From the NCBI RefSeq assembly GCF_020687825.1, contig NZ_JAJEWP010000001.1, positions 1,248,998 through 1,272,997 on the forward strand: a DNA stretch of 24,000 nucleotides, read 5' to 3'. Origin of the DNA: Fluctibacter halophilus (GTDB lineage Bacteria > Pseudomonadota > Gammaproteobacteria > Enterobacterales > Alteromonadaceae). Shown piece after piece: positions 10,168-18,664 of the stretch (position 1 is its first letter; each line of letters begins with the position of its first letter). A model generated the notes under the pieces. That model was not told the origin of the DNA, did not search any database, and worked only from the letters and a program-made list of their open reading frames with translations. A program made the translations under genes and the position numbers.

Positions 10168-10180
10168 AGCGGGGCTATTA
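10164..10180. promoter_or_regulatory. Perfect palindrome TAATAGC-GGG-GCTATTA overlapping the predicted -10 (candidate operator)
   Basis: 7-bp arms are exact reverse complements with a 3-bp centre. It overlaps TATAAT at 10162-10167 in the S9 peptidase/gpx divergent spacer. Confidence 0.25.
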
Positions 10181-10302
10181 AACCCCATGCAAAAAGTCAG
10201 GTAAACCGGTGATCTGAAAAAGGACGGTATGAATATACCTAGTTTGAGGCTGGTTACGATAAACCAACCATTTCTTACGATGAATCACACAAGGAAATCA
10301 GT

Positions 10303-10842
10303 ATGCGCTTCCCAACCCTACTCGTTCTGCTCTCTTTCTTTACGCCGTTATCCATGGCCAATCAATGTCCGGATGTTCTGAAATTTGTTAAGCGAAAGCT
10401 CAATTCACAGCAAACGGTTAATTTTTGTCAGGCTTACCAGGGCAAAACATTGTTGATCGTCAATACGGCTAGCTATTGCGGCTACACCCCTCAATTTGAA
10501 GGATTAGAGGCACTGTATGAATCCTACAAAGACCAGGGGTTGGTGGTGCTTGGATTCCCTTCCCATGAGTTCAATCAGGAGGCGGACAATGAGGAAAAAA
10601 CTGCCGAACTGTGTGAGTTGACCTATGGCGTCAAGTTTCCGATGTTTGAGCCAACCGACGTAAAGGGTGACAATGCCGATCCCCTGTATCGGATGCTGGC
10701 GAAAAAATCCGGTACCTACCCGAGTTGGAATTTTTTCAAATACCTGGTTGATTCCGAGGGTGAAGTCGTTGGCGTTTACCCCTCTGCCACCACCCCTGAA
10801 GATGAAGACTTCCAGAAAACCCTGCAATCGTTGCTGAAATAG
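10303..10842 (+). CDS. Glutathione peroxidase (Cys-type, BtuE-like) with N-terminal signal peptide
   Basis: 179 aa with SD AAGGA upstream. GPx motifs NTASYCGYTPQ (TGC Cys codon, not TGA/Sec), LGFPSHEFNQE and WNFFKYLVD. N-terminal hydrophobic leader MRFPTLLVLLSFFTPLSMA. Confidence 0.9.
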   Translation: MRFPTLLVLLSFFTPLSMANQCPDVLKFVKRKLNSQQTVNFCQAYQGKTLLIVNTASYCGYTPQFEGLEALYESYKDQGLVVLGFPSHEFNQEADNEEKTAELCELTYGVKFPMFEPTDVKGDNADPLYRMLAKKSGTYPSWNFFKYLVDSEGEVVGVYPSATTPEDEDFQKTLQSLLK

Positions 10843-10849
10843 CGTCGAC

Positions 10850-10877
10850 AAAAAAAAGCCCCGCTGGGATGCGGGGC
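10850..10877. terminator. Rho-independent terminator between gpx and azoR (strong U-tract in the minus direction)
   Basis: A8 run (10850-10857), GCCCCGC (10858-10864) / GCGGGGC (10871-10877) stem, 6-nt loop. Read on the minus strand, the hairpin is followed by T8. Confidence 0.75.
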
Positions 10878-10960
10878 AATAAAGCACACTCAACTTGGAA
10901 CACACTATAGTTACGTGACACTAACAGGGGATGTCGCACCACGTTCCTTACTGCATTAAT

Positions 10961-11575
10961 TTAGGCAGCCGTTTTTTCAATAAGTTCACTAATTTTTTGT
11001 TCGGCGTTGGCAATTGCCTGCTCCGACACTGATGGGCCCATAGCCAACCCTTCTGCGTAAACGAACGTCACGTCTTCGATACCAAGAAATGCAAGTACAT
11101 CACGTAAATACTGCGTCTGACTGTCCTTCTCGGTACCGGCATACATCCCGCCTCGCGCGGCCAACACATAAGCGCGCTTGCCGGTCAGTAGCCCTTGGGG
11201 ACCAGACTCGGTGTAACGGAACGTAATACCGGCTCTGGCAACACGGTCGATCCATGCTTTGAATGCGGAAGGCACACCAAAATTGTACATTGGCATTCCC
11301 AGCACCAGCGTGTCAGCCTGTTGCAGTTCCTCAACCAGACTATCTGACAGCGACGCCAGTGACGCCTGTTGTGCATTGCGTTCGTCCTGTGGCGTCATCC
11401 ACGCCGCCATCTCCTCAGCGCTGAGGTGAGGCAAGTCAGTTTCAACCAAATCGCGCACGGTTACAGTCGTTTGCTGTTTGGCAGCCAGTTTGTCAAGAAA
11501 GTGTTCGACAAGCTGGTTGGAGTTGCCTTGCGTGCCATTCAGGCTGGTGTTAATCGCCAATACATTGTTCATCAT
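10961..11575 (-). CDS. azoR: FMN-dependent NADH-azoreductase
   Basis: 204 aa, collinear with E. coli AzoR/AcpD (LAINTSLNG...SNQL; APMYNFGVPSAFKAWIDRVARAGITFRYTESGPQGLLTGKRAYV; FLGI.DV.FVYAEGLA.G). SD GAGGG lies upstream of the tandem ATGs. Confidence 0.9.
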   Translation of the reverse strand: MMNNVLAINTSLNGTQGNSNQLVEHFLDKLAAKQQTTVTVRDLVETDLPHLSAEEMAAWMTPQDERNAQQASLASLSDSLVEELQQADTLVLGMPMYNFGVPSAFKAWIDRVARAGITFRYTESGPQGLLTGKRAYVLAARGGMYAGTEKDSQTQYLRDVLAFLGIEDVTFVYAEGLAMGPSVSEQAIANAEQKISELIEKTAA

Positions 11576-11749
11576 TTAACCCTCATCAATGGAATGAACT
11601 CAGCTTAATGTCGATTAAATGAAAAATATATTGCTAAATTCCGCAGAATGCGTTCGATATTTTAGAAGTATAGAGAAATGGATTAAGGTGATCCCTCTCA
11701 CCGGTGACCGCGTAGGAACGTTTGCATAACCAACCACGAGGAACAACCA

Positions 11750-13129
11750 ATGAGAAGGATCATAACACTCACTGCTATTGTCAGTTTATCATGGACTTTA
11801 TCAGGATGCTTTAATGATGATGATGCAACATTACCGGAGCCAACGCCCCCACCCGCCCCAACACCCACCGCTGAATTGAGGGTGACCCATGCCGCGCCCG
11901 ATGCACCGGCAGTGAATATCTACGCCAATGACGCTGTGTTAGCGGGACTGGAAAATGTCGACTACCAGGTCAGCTCAGAACTACTCAGTGTGGATGCCGG
12001 AACCTACGATGTGCGGGTCGAGGCCATTGTACCGGGTGGCAATCTGGATGTTATCGCCGCGGAACTGACACTTGAGGCAGATACACGCTACGATGTGTTA
12101 GCCATTGATACGGTTGCCGAAGGTGTCGAACCCCTGGTGGTGCCTTCTTCGGTTGCTGCGGTTCCTGCCGGCAATGCCCGGGTTCAGATTGTGCACGCAG
12201 CCCCCAATGCCCCCACGGTTGACATCTACGTTACCGCGCCGGATGCACTGCTAGCCGACGAACAGCCTGTTGCCACGGCGGCTTTTCGTGATTTCACCGC
12301 CGCCCTTGAAGTTCCTGCCGGTGACTACCGGGTACGGATAACCCCTGCGGGTGCAATGACCGTCGTCTATGATTCAGGCACGCTTGAGTTAACCGATGGT
12401 CTGGATGTTATGGCTGCGGCGGTTCAAAACATTCAGGCAGGTGAAAGTCCGGTTGCTTTGCTACTCGCTGGCCCCAGCGGTGCGGCAATTGTGGCTGACG
12501 CCAATACCCCGGCTGAAGTACGGGTCGTACATGGCATCAGTGACGCTCCGGCTGTTGATGTCATTGCGAATAACGCCGTGACGCTGGTAGATGGCTTAGC
12601 CTTTCCGATGAAAACAGACTATCTGGCAGTAGAACCCGCAGACTACCTGTTGGACGTTGTTGCCGATGCAGACAATAGCGTGATCGCCATTGACGATGCG
12701 CCGGTTACATTGCAAAAAGGTGGGATCTATACCGCCATTGCCAACAGCAGCCTGGCGTCTGCCGATCTCGATTTGCTTATCGATATGCCACGCAGTGTCG
12801 CCACCGAAGCAAAGGTCAGAATTGTACACGCGTCGCCAAGCGCTGGTGCTGTCGATATTTATGTGACCGCAGATGGTGCGATTGATAATGTAGACCCGGC
12901 TTTCAGTAACGTTCCGTACAATACTGCTGATCTGGCTGAAACCGGCTATGTATCACTGGCTCCGGGCGACTACGTTGTAACGGTGACACCCACCGGTACT
13001 AAAACCGCCGCCCTTGAAACGTCTACGCTGATGTTGGAAGGCGGAGAAATCTACACGGCGATCGCCGTCGATGGTACGGAACCGGGAATTCCCGTTCAGC
13101 TTATCGGATTGGATGGATTGGCAAATTGA
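11750..13129 (+). CDS. DUF4397 repeat lipoprotein (four tandem domains), function unknown
   Basis: 459 aa with SD GAGGA. Lipobox MRRIITLTAIVSLSWTLSGC followed by a Pro-rich linker. Four units of about 100 aa each open with the DUF4397-type motif (LRVTHAAPDAPAVNIY / ARVQIVHAAPNAPTVDIY / VRVVHGISDAPAVDVI / VRIVHASPSAGAVDIY) and contain a GxY/GDY...V strand. Confidence 0.8.
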   Translation: MRRIITLTAIVSLSWTLSGCFNDDDATLPEPTPPPAPTPTAELRVTHAAPDAPAVNIYANDAVLAGLENVDYQVSSELLSVDAGTYDVRVEAIVPGGNLDVIAAELTLEADTRYDVLAIDTVAEGVEPLVVPSSVAAVPAGNARVQIVHAAPNAPTVDIYVTAPDALLADEQPVATAAFRDFTAALEVPAGDYRVRITPAGAMTVVYDSGTLELTDGLDVMAAAVQNIQAGESPVALLLAGPSGAAIVADANTPAEVRVVHGISDAPAVDVIANNAVTLVDGLAFPMKTDYLAVEPADYLLDVVADADNSVIAIDDAPVTLQKGGIYTAIANSSLASADLDLLIDMPRSVATEAKVRIVHASPSAGAVDIYVTADGAIDNVDPAFSNVPYNTADLAETGYVSLAPGDYVVTVTPTGTKTAALETSTLMLEGGEIYTAIAVDGTEPGIPVQLIGLDGLAN

Positions 13130-13136
13130 TCGCTAA

Positions 13137-13168
13137 AAGAGCTACCCAACCGGGTAGCTCTTTTGTTT
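13137..13168. terminator. Rho-independent terminator between the DUF4397 gene and the PLP-enzyme gene
   Basis: AAGAGCTACCC (13137-13147) / GGGTAGCTCTT (13152-13162) stem with a 4-nt loop, followed by TTTTGTTT. It abuts the minus-strand stop at 13167. Confidence 0.8.
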
Positions 13169-14414
13169 AAGCACCGATAATGTGAAACGCCTGCTCAAAA
13201 TCAGCAACGATGTCGTCGATGTCTTCAATACCCACCGAAAACCGAATGAGGTTATCACTAATCCCCATCGCGGCCCGCTCTTCAGGGCCATTTTCAAAGT
13301 AGATGGTATGCGCCACAGGTAAAGCCAGTGTACGTGTATCACCTAGGTGAGTCGCATTGATGACCAGTTTTAGCGCGTTTAGAAACGCGAAACAGTCTAC
13401 GTTTTCATCCAGATCGATACTGAAAATTCCGCCGTACATTCCACCGAAGGTTTCTCGGGCCAAAAAGTGTTGTGGGTGATCGGCCAGTCCGGGATAGAAA
13501 ACCTGTTTAACGTTAGGATGACCATGCAGATACGTGGCCAGACGTAACGCATTGTCACAGCTGCGTTGCAATCGGATAGACATGGTCTCCATCCCTACCG
13601 CAATCTGATGAGCCGCATGGGGCGACAATGTACCGCCGAGATCGCGTAGACCTTTCTTGCGGATCTGGGTTAAACCCCATTGTTTCTCATCCGCGCCTTT
13701 ATACATTTCGGCGATGTGGGGAAAGTGTGTCCAGTCATAACACCCGGTATCAACGATCACACCACCTAACACGTTGCCATGACCGGCGTAATATTTGGTT
13801 AAGCTGGCAACGGTCAGCGATGCATTCACTTTTTGCGCGTCAAACAGCACACCTGGGGTCATGGTGGTATCAATGATAAACAGCAGTTTTTTACTTGCGC
13901 ACAACCGCCCGATAGCAGACAGATCCGCTACCTGAGTCACAGGGTTGGCAATGGTTTCGGCAAAGACCGCTCGGGTGTCTTGCCGCACGGCCTGTTCAAC
14001 ACTGCGCACATCGGTTACATCAACCCAGGAAATCTCGACACCGAAGTTGCTTAGATTTTCGAAAAAACTGCGGGTGTTGCCAAACAGATATCGGCTGACA
14101 ATCAGGTGATCGCCCTGCCTGACCAGCGACAGGAACAACGCGCTGATAGCAGCCATGCCAGTGGAAAACGTCACCGCACCAACGCCACCTTCCAGATCAC
14201 AGACCATATTCTGCAGCGCTGCCGTTGATGGAGAGGACGAGCGGGAATAGACGTGTCCCATCTGTTTGCCCTGAAACACATCCACCAGGTCCTGAACATC
14301 GGTAAACTCAAACAGCACAGAATTGGAAGTTGGGGAGTGTACCGCGCCACTATTGGGTTGGTTGATAAAACGATCGGCATGTACCAATCGGGTTGTTTGG
14401 CCTTTACGAGTCAA
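13167..14414 (-). CDS. PLP-dependent Cys/Met-metabolism (trans-sulfuration) family enzyme, O-acetyl/O-succinyl-homoserine sulfhydrylase-like
   Basis: 415 aa. PLP-lysine motif SLTKYYAGHGNVLGG, family N-terminus TTRLVHAD, and a MetY-like insertion after the Lys motif. The start is TTG (14414-14412) with SD GGAGA (14425-14421), both located inside the 3' end of the upstream acyltransferase gene. Confidence 0.85.
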   Translation of the reverse strand: MTRKGQTTRLVHADRFINQPNSGAVHSPTSNSVLFEFTDVQDLVDVFQGKQMGHVYSRSSSPSTAALQNMVCDLEGGVGAVTFSTGMAAISALFLSLVRQGDHLIVSRYLFGNTRSFFENLSNFGVEISWVDVTDVRSVEQAVRQDTRAVFAETIANPVTQVADLSAIGRLCASKKLLFIIDTTMTPGVLFDAQKVNASLTVASLTKYYAGHGNVLGGVIVDTGCYDWTHFPHIAEMYKGADEKQWGLTQIRKKGLRDLGGTLSPHAAHQIAVGMETMSIRLQRSCDNALRLATYLHGHPNVKQVFYPGLADHPQHFLARETFGGMYGGIFSIDLDENVDCFAFLNALKLVINATHLGDTRTLALPVAHTIYFENGPEERAAMGISDNLIRFSVGIEDIDDIVADFEQAFHIIGA

Positions 14415-15027
14415 TCTCTTTCTCCACCGAAGTGATTACATTTGCGGGATACTTGGCTGGAACACGCGCAAAAAAGGCATACACCTGCTGCATCGATTGT
14501 ACAACATCAACGACCGGTTCACAGGGCCCCAGAACGACTTTCTTACGCTGATAATCCAAGCCTACCAGGAAAAGAGGCACATCCGCCGCATGGGCGATAT
14601 GTACAAAACCTGTTTTCCACGGAAACACAGGGCTACGGGTACCTTCCGGGGCAATGCACAACAGCATCTGTTCAGCACTTTTCATGTTAGCCACAATTTG
14701 TTCAACCACACCATGAGCACGGGATCGTTCAATCGGGATCCCGCCCCAGCGGCGCATAAGTCTGTCAAAAGGGGGGAAAAACAGCGTGTGCTTGCCAAAA
14801 AACGTGATTTTCAGCCGCAATGTGAAGGCCACGGCAAGGCCCAGCACGAAATCCCAGTTTGAGGTATGGGGCGCAACCGCAATCACCATTTTTCCGTGGG
14901 TTGGGAATTGCCCTTCGAATTGCCAGCCCAAGCGCTGCAATACGGTGCGTCCTAACCAGGCGCTGAATCGGTTACCCAGACGCGGGATTGCCGGTGACAA
15001 AGAAGGTATGTCCAGGGGTTCTGCCAT
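14404..15027 (-). CDS. PlsC-like lysophospholipid/glycerolipid acyltransferase family protein (HX4D)
   Basis: 207 aa with an ATG start. Acyltransferase motif I VAPHTSNWD (HX4D) and motif III APEGTRS. Overlaps the downstream PLP gene by 11 nt. Confidence 0.8.
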   Translation of the reverse strand: MAEPLDIPSLSPAIPRLGNRFSAWLGRTVLQRLGWQFEGQFPTHGKMVIAVAPHTSNWDFVLGLAVAFTLRLKITFFGKHTLFFPPFDRLMRRWGGIPIERSRAHGVVEQIVANMKSAEQMLLCIAPEGTRSPVFPWKTGFVHIAHAADVPLFLVGLDYQRKKVVLGPCEPVVDVVQSMQQVYAFFARVPAKYPANVITSVEKEIDS

Positions 15028-15213
15028 GTTAAAAAGGGACGTTTACTGCATCAGAATGTCGGCATACTCGCTTATCTGGCACCAATTGTCGAGTCTGAGG
15101 GTAGCAAGAGATTGCATATTCTACCGTCCGGCAACTGTCACCAAGGTTGCTAGGATAGTCGCAGGTGCACTACCCTGTAGCGCGTTAAATAGATCAAATC
15201 AGAGAGCAGGCCC

Positions 15214-15981
15214 ATGTGCATATTGTTTATCGCCGTAAAACAACACCCGGATCTGCCGCTGATCATCGCCGCCAATCGTGACGAATTCTACCAGCGTCCT
15301 ACCACCCCTTCCGGATTCTGGAACGAGTATCCATCGATACTGGCAGGCAAAGATCGCCAGGCAGGAGGCACCTGGATGGGCGTCACTCGCGGTGGCAAAA
15401 TCGCTGCACTCACCAACGTCAGGGAACCGCAACGGGTGCTCGACAACGCACCCAGCCGGGGCGAACTGACAGTGAATTATCTGACCGAAGATGTATCAAC
15501 TTCAGACTACCTGCAGTGCTGTCAAAGCAGCCGTCAGCACTACAATGGTTACAACCTGCTGTTCGGTGAATGGCACAATTTGCACGTCTATAACAACCGT
15601 AGCGATACGCTGACCGTGCTTAAACCGGGGTTTTACGCGTTATCCAATGCCAGTATCGATATGCACTGGCCCAAGCAACGACGAGGTGTGAAGGGCTTAC
15701 AGGCGGCTTGCCAGTTGCCTGCGGATCATATCGTCGATGCCCTGTTAACCGTATTGCAGGATGATCATCAGGCCCCTGAAGAAGCCTTGCCAGACACCGG
15801 CATTCCCAAAGACTGGGAAAGGCTGTTGTCATCAATATTTATCACAACGCCCGACTACGGAACACGTTGCTCGACAATCCTCACGGTCGATGATCAGCAG
15901 CACATATCCTGGTATGAACAGACTTACCAGAACGGTCATCCCAGCTCGCCTCCTCGGACCTTTCAATTTGCCATAGGTTAG
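15214..15981 (+). CDS. NRDE-family protein (DUF833 / TANGO2 homologue)
   Basis: 255 aa. N-terminal MCILFIAVKQHPDLPLIIAANRDEFYQRPT carries the eponymous NRDE motif and Cys2. GGTWMG and LTN motifs are typical of the family. Confidence 0.85.
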   Translation: MCILFIAVKQHPDLPLIIAANRDEFYQRPTTPSGFWNEYPSILAGKDRQAGGTWMGVTRGGKIAALTNVREPQRVLDNAPSRGELTVNYLTEDVSTSDYLQCCQSSRQHYNGYNLLFGEWHNLHVYNNRSDTLTVLKPGFYALSNASIDMHWPKQRRGVKGLQAACQLPADHIVDALLTVLQDDHQAPEEALPDTGIPKDWERLLSSIFITTPDYGTRCSTILTVDDQQHISWYEQTYQNGHPSSPPRTFQFAIG

Positions 15982-16060
15982 GCCTAAATAGTCCTCGAAT
16001 TTTGTACCGTGAGTGGCATAATGAGCGCCACTACACTCCATACAATCGCTGAGGACCACA

Positions 16061-17251
16061 ATGTTTGACGTACTATCCCCCTTACCCGCCGATCCAATCC
16101 TGGGTTTATCTGCTGCCTTTAAGGAGGATCCCAATCCGAACAAGATTGACCTCGGTGTGGGAGTGTACAAAAACGAACAGGGTCAAACCCCCATCGTTAA
16201 AGCGGTCGCTGAGGCACAAAAAGTGTTATTGGCTAACGAAACCTCTAAAACCTATATCACGCCACAAGGTGTACCCGGCTTTATCCAGGGTATGCTGGAA
16301 TTACTGCTCGGCGCGGGGCACCCTGCGCTGATCGAAGACCGTGTTGCTGCTGTACAAGCACCGGGCGGCTGTGGTGCTCTGCGCATACTGGCTGAATTGC
16401 TGAAACGCTGTGATGAAAACCTGACTGTTTGGGTCAGTGACCCTACCTGGGCAAACCATATACCGCTGATTGGCAGTGCCGGCCTGAACATCGAAACCTA
16501 TCCTTATTTCGATAAAAGCGCTGCGGGGATCGATTTTGCCGCGATGGAAGCCACACTGGCCAAGGTTAAAAAAGGTGACGTGGTCCTGCTGCATGGTTGT
16601 TGTCACAATCCCACTGGCGCAGATTTGACCAAAGCGCAATGGCAACGGGTCTTGGAGCTTGCCCAAGAGCGTGAATTTGTACCTTTCCTGGACGTCGCTT
16701 ACCTCGGTTTCGGTGACGGCCTTGAGGAGGACGCTTACGGTGTTCGCCTGCTGACAGAAAACCTGCCCGAAGTGGTCATCGCCGCCAGTTGCTCGAAAAA
16801 CTTTGGTTTATACCGAGAGCGCGTTGGCCTGGCCGCGATGATCACCAAAGACAGCAAAGCCCGCAGCATCGTGCAATCGCAGATTCAGTCTGTTGCTCGC
16901 GGTAGCTACTCGATGCCCCCTTCCTACGGCGGTGCGCTGGTAGACATCATTCTGCATGATCAGCAACTGAAGGACATGTGGGTATCGGAAGTCGACGAAA
17001 TGCGTACCCGCATGCAGTCTCTGCGACAATTGCTGGTTGATAAACTGAAAGAAAAAGGCGCCAGTAAAGACTTCAGCTTTATCACTCAGCAAAAAGGCAT
17101 GTTCTCCTACCTGTGTATTACCCCTGAACAGGTGCAACAGGTCAGACGTGAGCACAGCGTATATTTCGTTGATTCCAGCCGCGTCAATATTGCCGGCATC
17201 AGCCTGTCCAATGTAGATGATCTCGCCACAGCATTGGTATCCGTGTTATAA
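16061..17251 (+). CDS. aspC: Class-I aspartate/aromatic-amino-acid aminotransferase (AspC/TyrB family)
   Basis: 396 aa with SD GAGGA. N-terminus MFDVLSPLPADPILGL...IDLGVGVYKNEQGQTP. PLP-lysine motif SCSKNFGLYRERVG, which is closer to AspC than to TyrB. The symbol is tentative because substrate preference cannot be read from the sequence. Confidence 0.88.
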   Translation: MFDVLSPLPADPILGLSAAFKEDPNPNKIDLGVGVYKNEQGQTPIVKAVAEAQKVLLANETSKTYITPQGVPGFIQGMLELLLGAGHPALIEDRVAAVQAPGGCGALRILAELLKRCDENLTVWVSDPTWANHIPLIGSAGLNIETYPYFDKSAAGIDFAAMEATLAKVKKGDVVLLHGCCHNPTGADLTKAQWQRVLELAQEREFVPFLDVAYLGFGDGLEEDAYGVRLLTENLPEVVIAASCSKNFGLYRERVGLAAMITKDSKARSIVQSQIQSVARGSYSMPPSYGGALVDIILHDQQLKDMWVSEVDEMRTRMQSLRQLLVDKLKEKGASKDFSFITQQKGMFSYLCITPEQVQQVRREHSVYFVDSSRVNIAGISLSNVDDLATALVSVL

Positions 17252-17267
17252 TCCTTCGCAACTTTTT

Positions 17268-17302
17268 ACGGGAGTACTGTTGTGTACTCCCGTTTATTTA
17301 TT
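17268..17302 (+). terminator. Rho-independent terminator after the aminotransferase gene
   Basis: ACGGGAGTAC (17268-17277) / GTACTCCCGT (17284-17293) 10-bp stem with a 6-nt loop, followed by TTATTTATT. Confidence 0.8.
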
Positions 17303-17371
17303 CGCTGGGCTACCAGCGCACTTCTGCTGACGACCGGTCAGCATACCCTTTCACTAGTTTGAGTATATTGA

Positions 17372-18658
17372 ATGACATTTTCTGAGCTGGGACTGATCCC
17401 AGCATTGTTACGTGCGGTTGAAGCACAAGGTTACGAAACCCCGTCGCCGATCCAACAACAAGCCATTCCCGCCATTCTGCAAGGCGATGACATCATGGCC
17501 GCGGCCCAGACCGGCACCGGCAAAACGGCAGGTTTTACCTTACCCCTGCTACAACGATTAGCCGACAAGGGCCAGCGTCCAGCCCCAAAACACGTCAGGG
17601 CATTGGTGCTGACACCAACCCGCGAACTGGCCGCCCAGGTTGCTGACAATGTCAAACGCTATGGCACGCACCTACCGCTAAAATCGGCGGTCATCTTCGG
17701 TGGCGTTGGTGCTCAACCACAGATTGATAAACTCAAAAAAGGTGTCGATATCCTGGTCGCGACGCCTGGCCGCTTGCTGGATCTGTACCAGCAGGGTGCT
17801 GTCACCTTTAAACAACTGGAATATCTGGTGCTTGATGAGGCTGACCGCATGCTCGATATGGGGTTTATCCATGATATTCGCCGCATTTTAAAGCTGTTAC
17901 CAGACAATCGACAGAATCTGCTGTTTTCGGCAACCTTCTCTGACTCGATCAAATCACTGGCCAAAGGCTGGATGAAGTCGCCCAAGGAAATCAGTGTGAC
18001 GCCGCCGAACAGCACGGCGCAACGGGTGGAGCAATCTGTTTATCCGGTCGATAAAAACCGCAAATCAGCGTTATTGACACATTTAATCAAACACCATGCA
18101 TGGTCGCAGGTACTGGTATTCAGTCGAACCAAGCACGGTGCAAACAGACTGGCCAAGCAGTTAGACAGTCGCGGTATTGCCGCTTCTGCCATTCACGGCA
18201 ACAAAAGCCAGGGAGCCCGCACAAAGGCATTGGCAGAATTCAAATCAGGTGATATTCAGGTATTGGTCGCCACGGACATCGCGGCTCGAGGGCTGGATAT
18301 TGATCAACTGCCTGTGGTCATTAATGTTGATTTGCCCAACGTTGCTGAGGACTATGTTCATCGCATAGGACGCACCGGCCGGGCCGGCGCGACAGGCATT
18401 GCAATATCGTTAGTGTGTGCTGATGAAGCCAAGCTGTTGCACGACATTGAAAAGTTGATTGGCCTGCGCCTCGAGCGCCATACGGTTCCCGACTTTGAAC
18501 CGGAGCATCCGCTGCCCAGTATCCAACCACATCCGCGCAAAAATCACCCGGGGGGTAAAGGTAACAACAAGCCCAAAACCGTCAAAACGGGGACCGAATC
18601 AGATAAACCCCGCAGACGCAGACGTCGACGCAAGCCTGCACAAGCGTCAACCCAATAA
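17372..18658 (+). CDS. rhlE: ATP-dependent DEAD-box RNA helicase RhlE
   Basis: 428 aa. Q-motif (F..LGL....A....GY..PSPIQ), motif [19 protein letters not shown] (VLDEADRM), [13 protein letters not shown], and a basic C-terminal tail ([10 protein letters not shown]). Confidence 0.92.
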   Translation: MTFSELGLIPALLRAVEAQGYETPSPIQQQAIPAILQGDDIMAAAQTGTGKTAGFTLPLLQRLADKGQRPAPKHVRALVLTPTRELAAQVADNVKRYGTHLPLKSAVIFGGVGAQPQIDKLKKGVDILVATPGRLLDLYQQGAVTFKQLEYLVLDEADRMLDMGFIHDIRRILKLLPDNRQNLLFSATFSDSIKSLAKGWMKSPKEISVTPPNSTAQRVEQSVYPVDKNRKSALLTHLIKHHAWSQVLVFSRTKHGANRLAKQLDSRGIAASAIHGNKSQGARTKALAEFKSGDIQVLVATDIAARGLDIDQLPVVINVDLPNVAEDYVHRIGRTGRAGATGIAISLVCADEAKLLHDIEKLIGLRLERHTVPDFEPEHPLPSIQPHPRKNHPGGKGNNKPKTVKTGTESDKPRRRRRRRKPAQASTQ

Positions 18659-18664
18659 CAGCAC

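Noticed and set aside
10504-10942. Minus-strand ORFs of 133 aa and 68 aa
   Set aside because: They are antisense to the glutathione peroxidase gene and run through the terminator hairpin. They have no motifs.
14323-14862. 179-aa plus-strand ORF, plus the smaller ORFs at 14442-14690 and 14786-15238
   Set aside because: They are antisense to the acyltransferase gene, whose HX4D and EGTR motifs are clear. They have no motifs and no SD.
15098-15176. 7-bp acceptor-like stem AGGGTAG/CTACCCT suggested a tRNA or tRNA-like gene
   Set aside because: I tried the cloverleaf on both strands. A D-arm can be forced, but there is no GG in the loop, no anticodon stem pairs (CCGTC has no GACGG partner), and no T-arm GTTC motif. 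It is not a tRNA, so it is kept only as a low-interest structured-spacer note.
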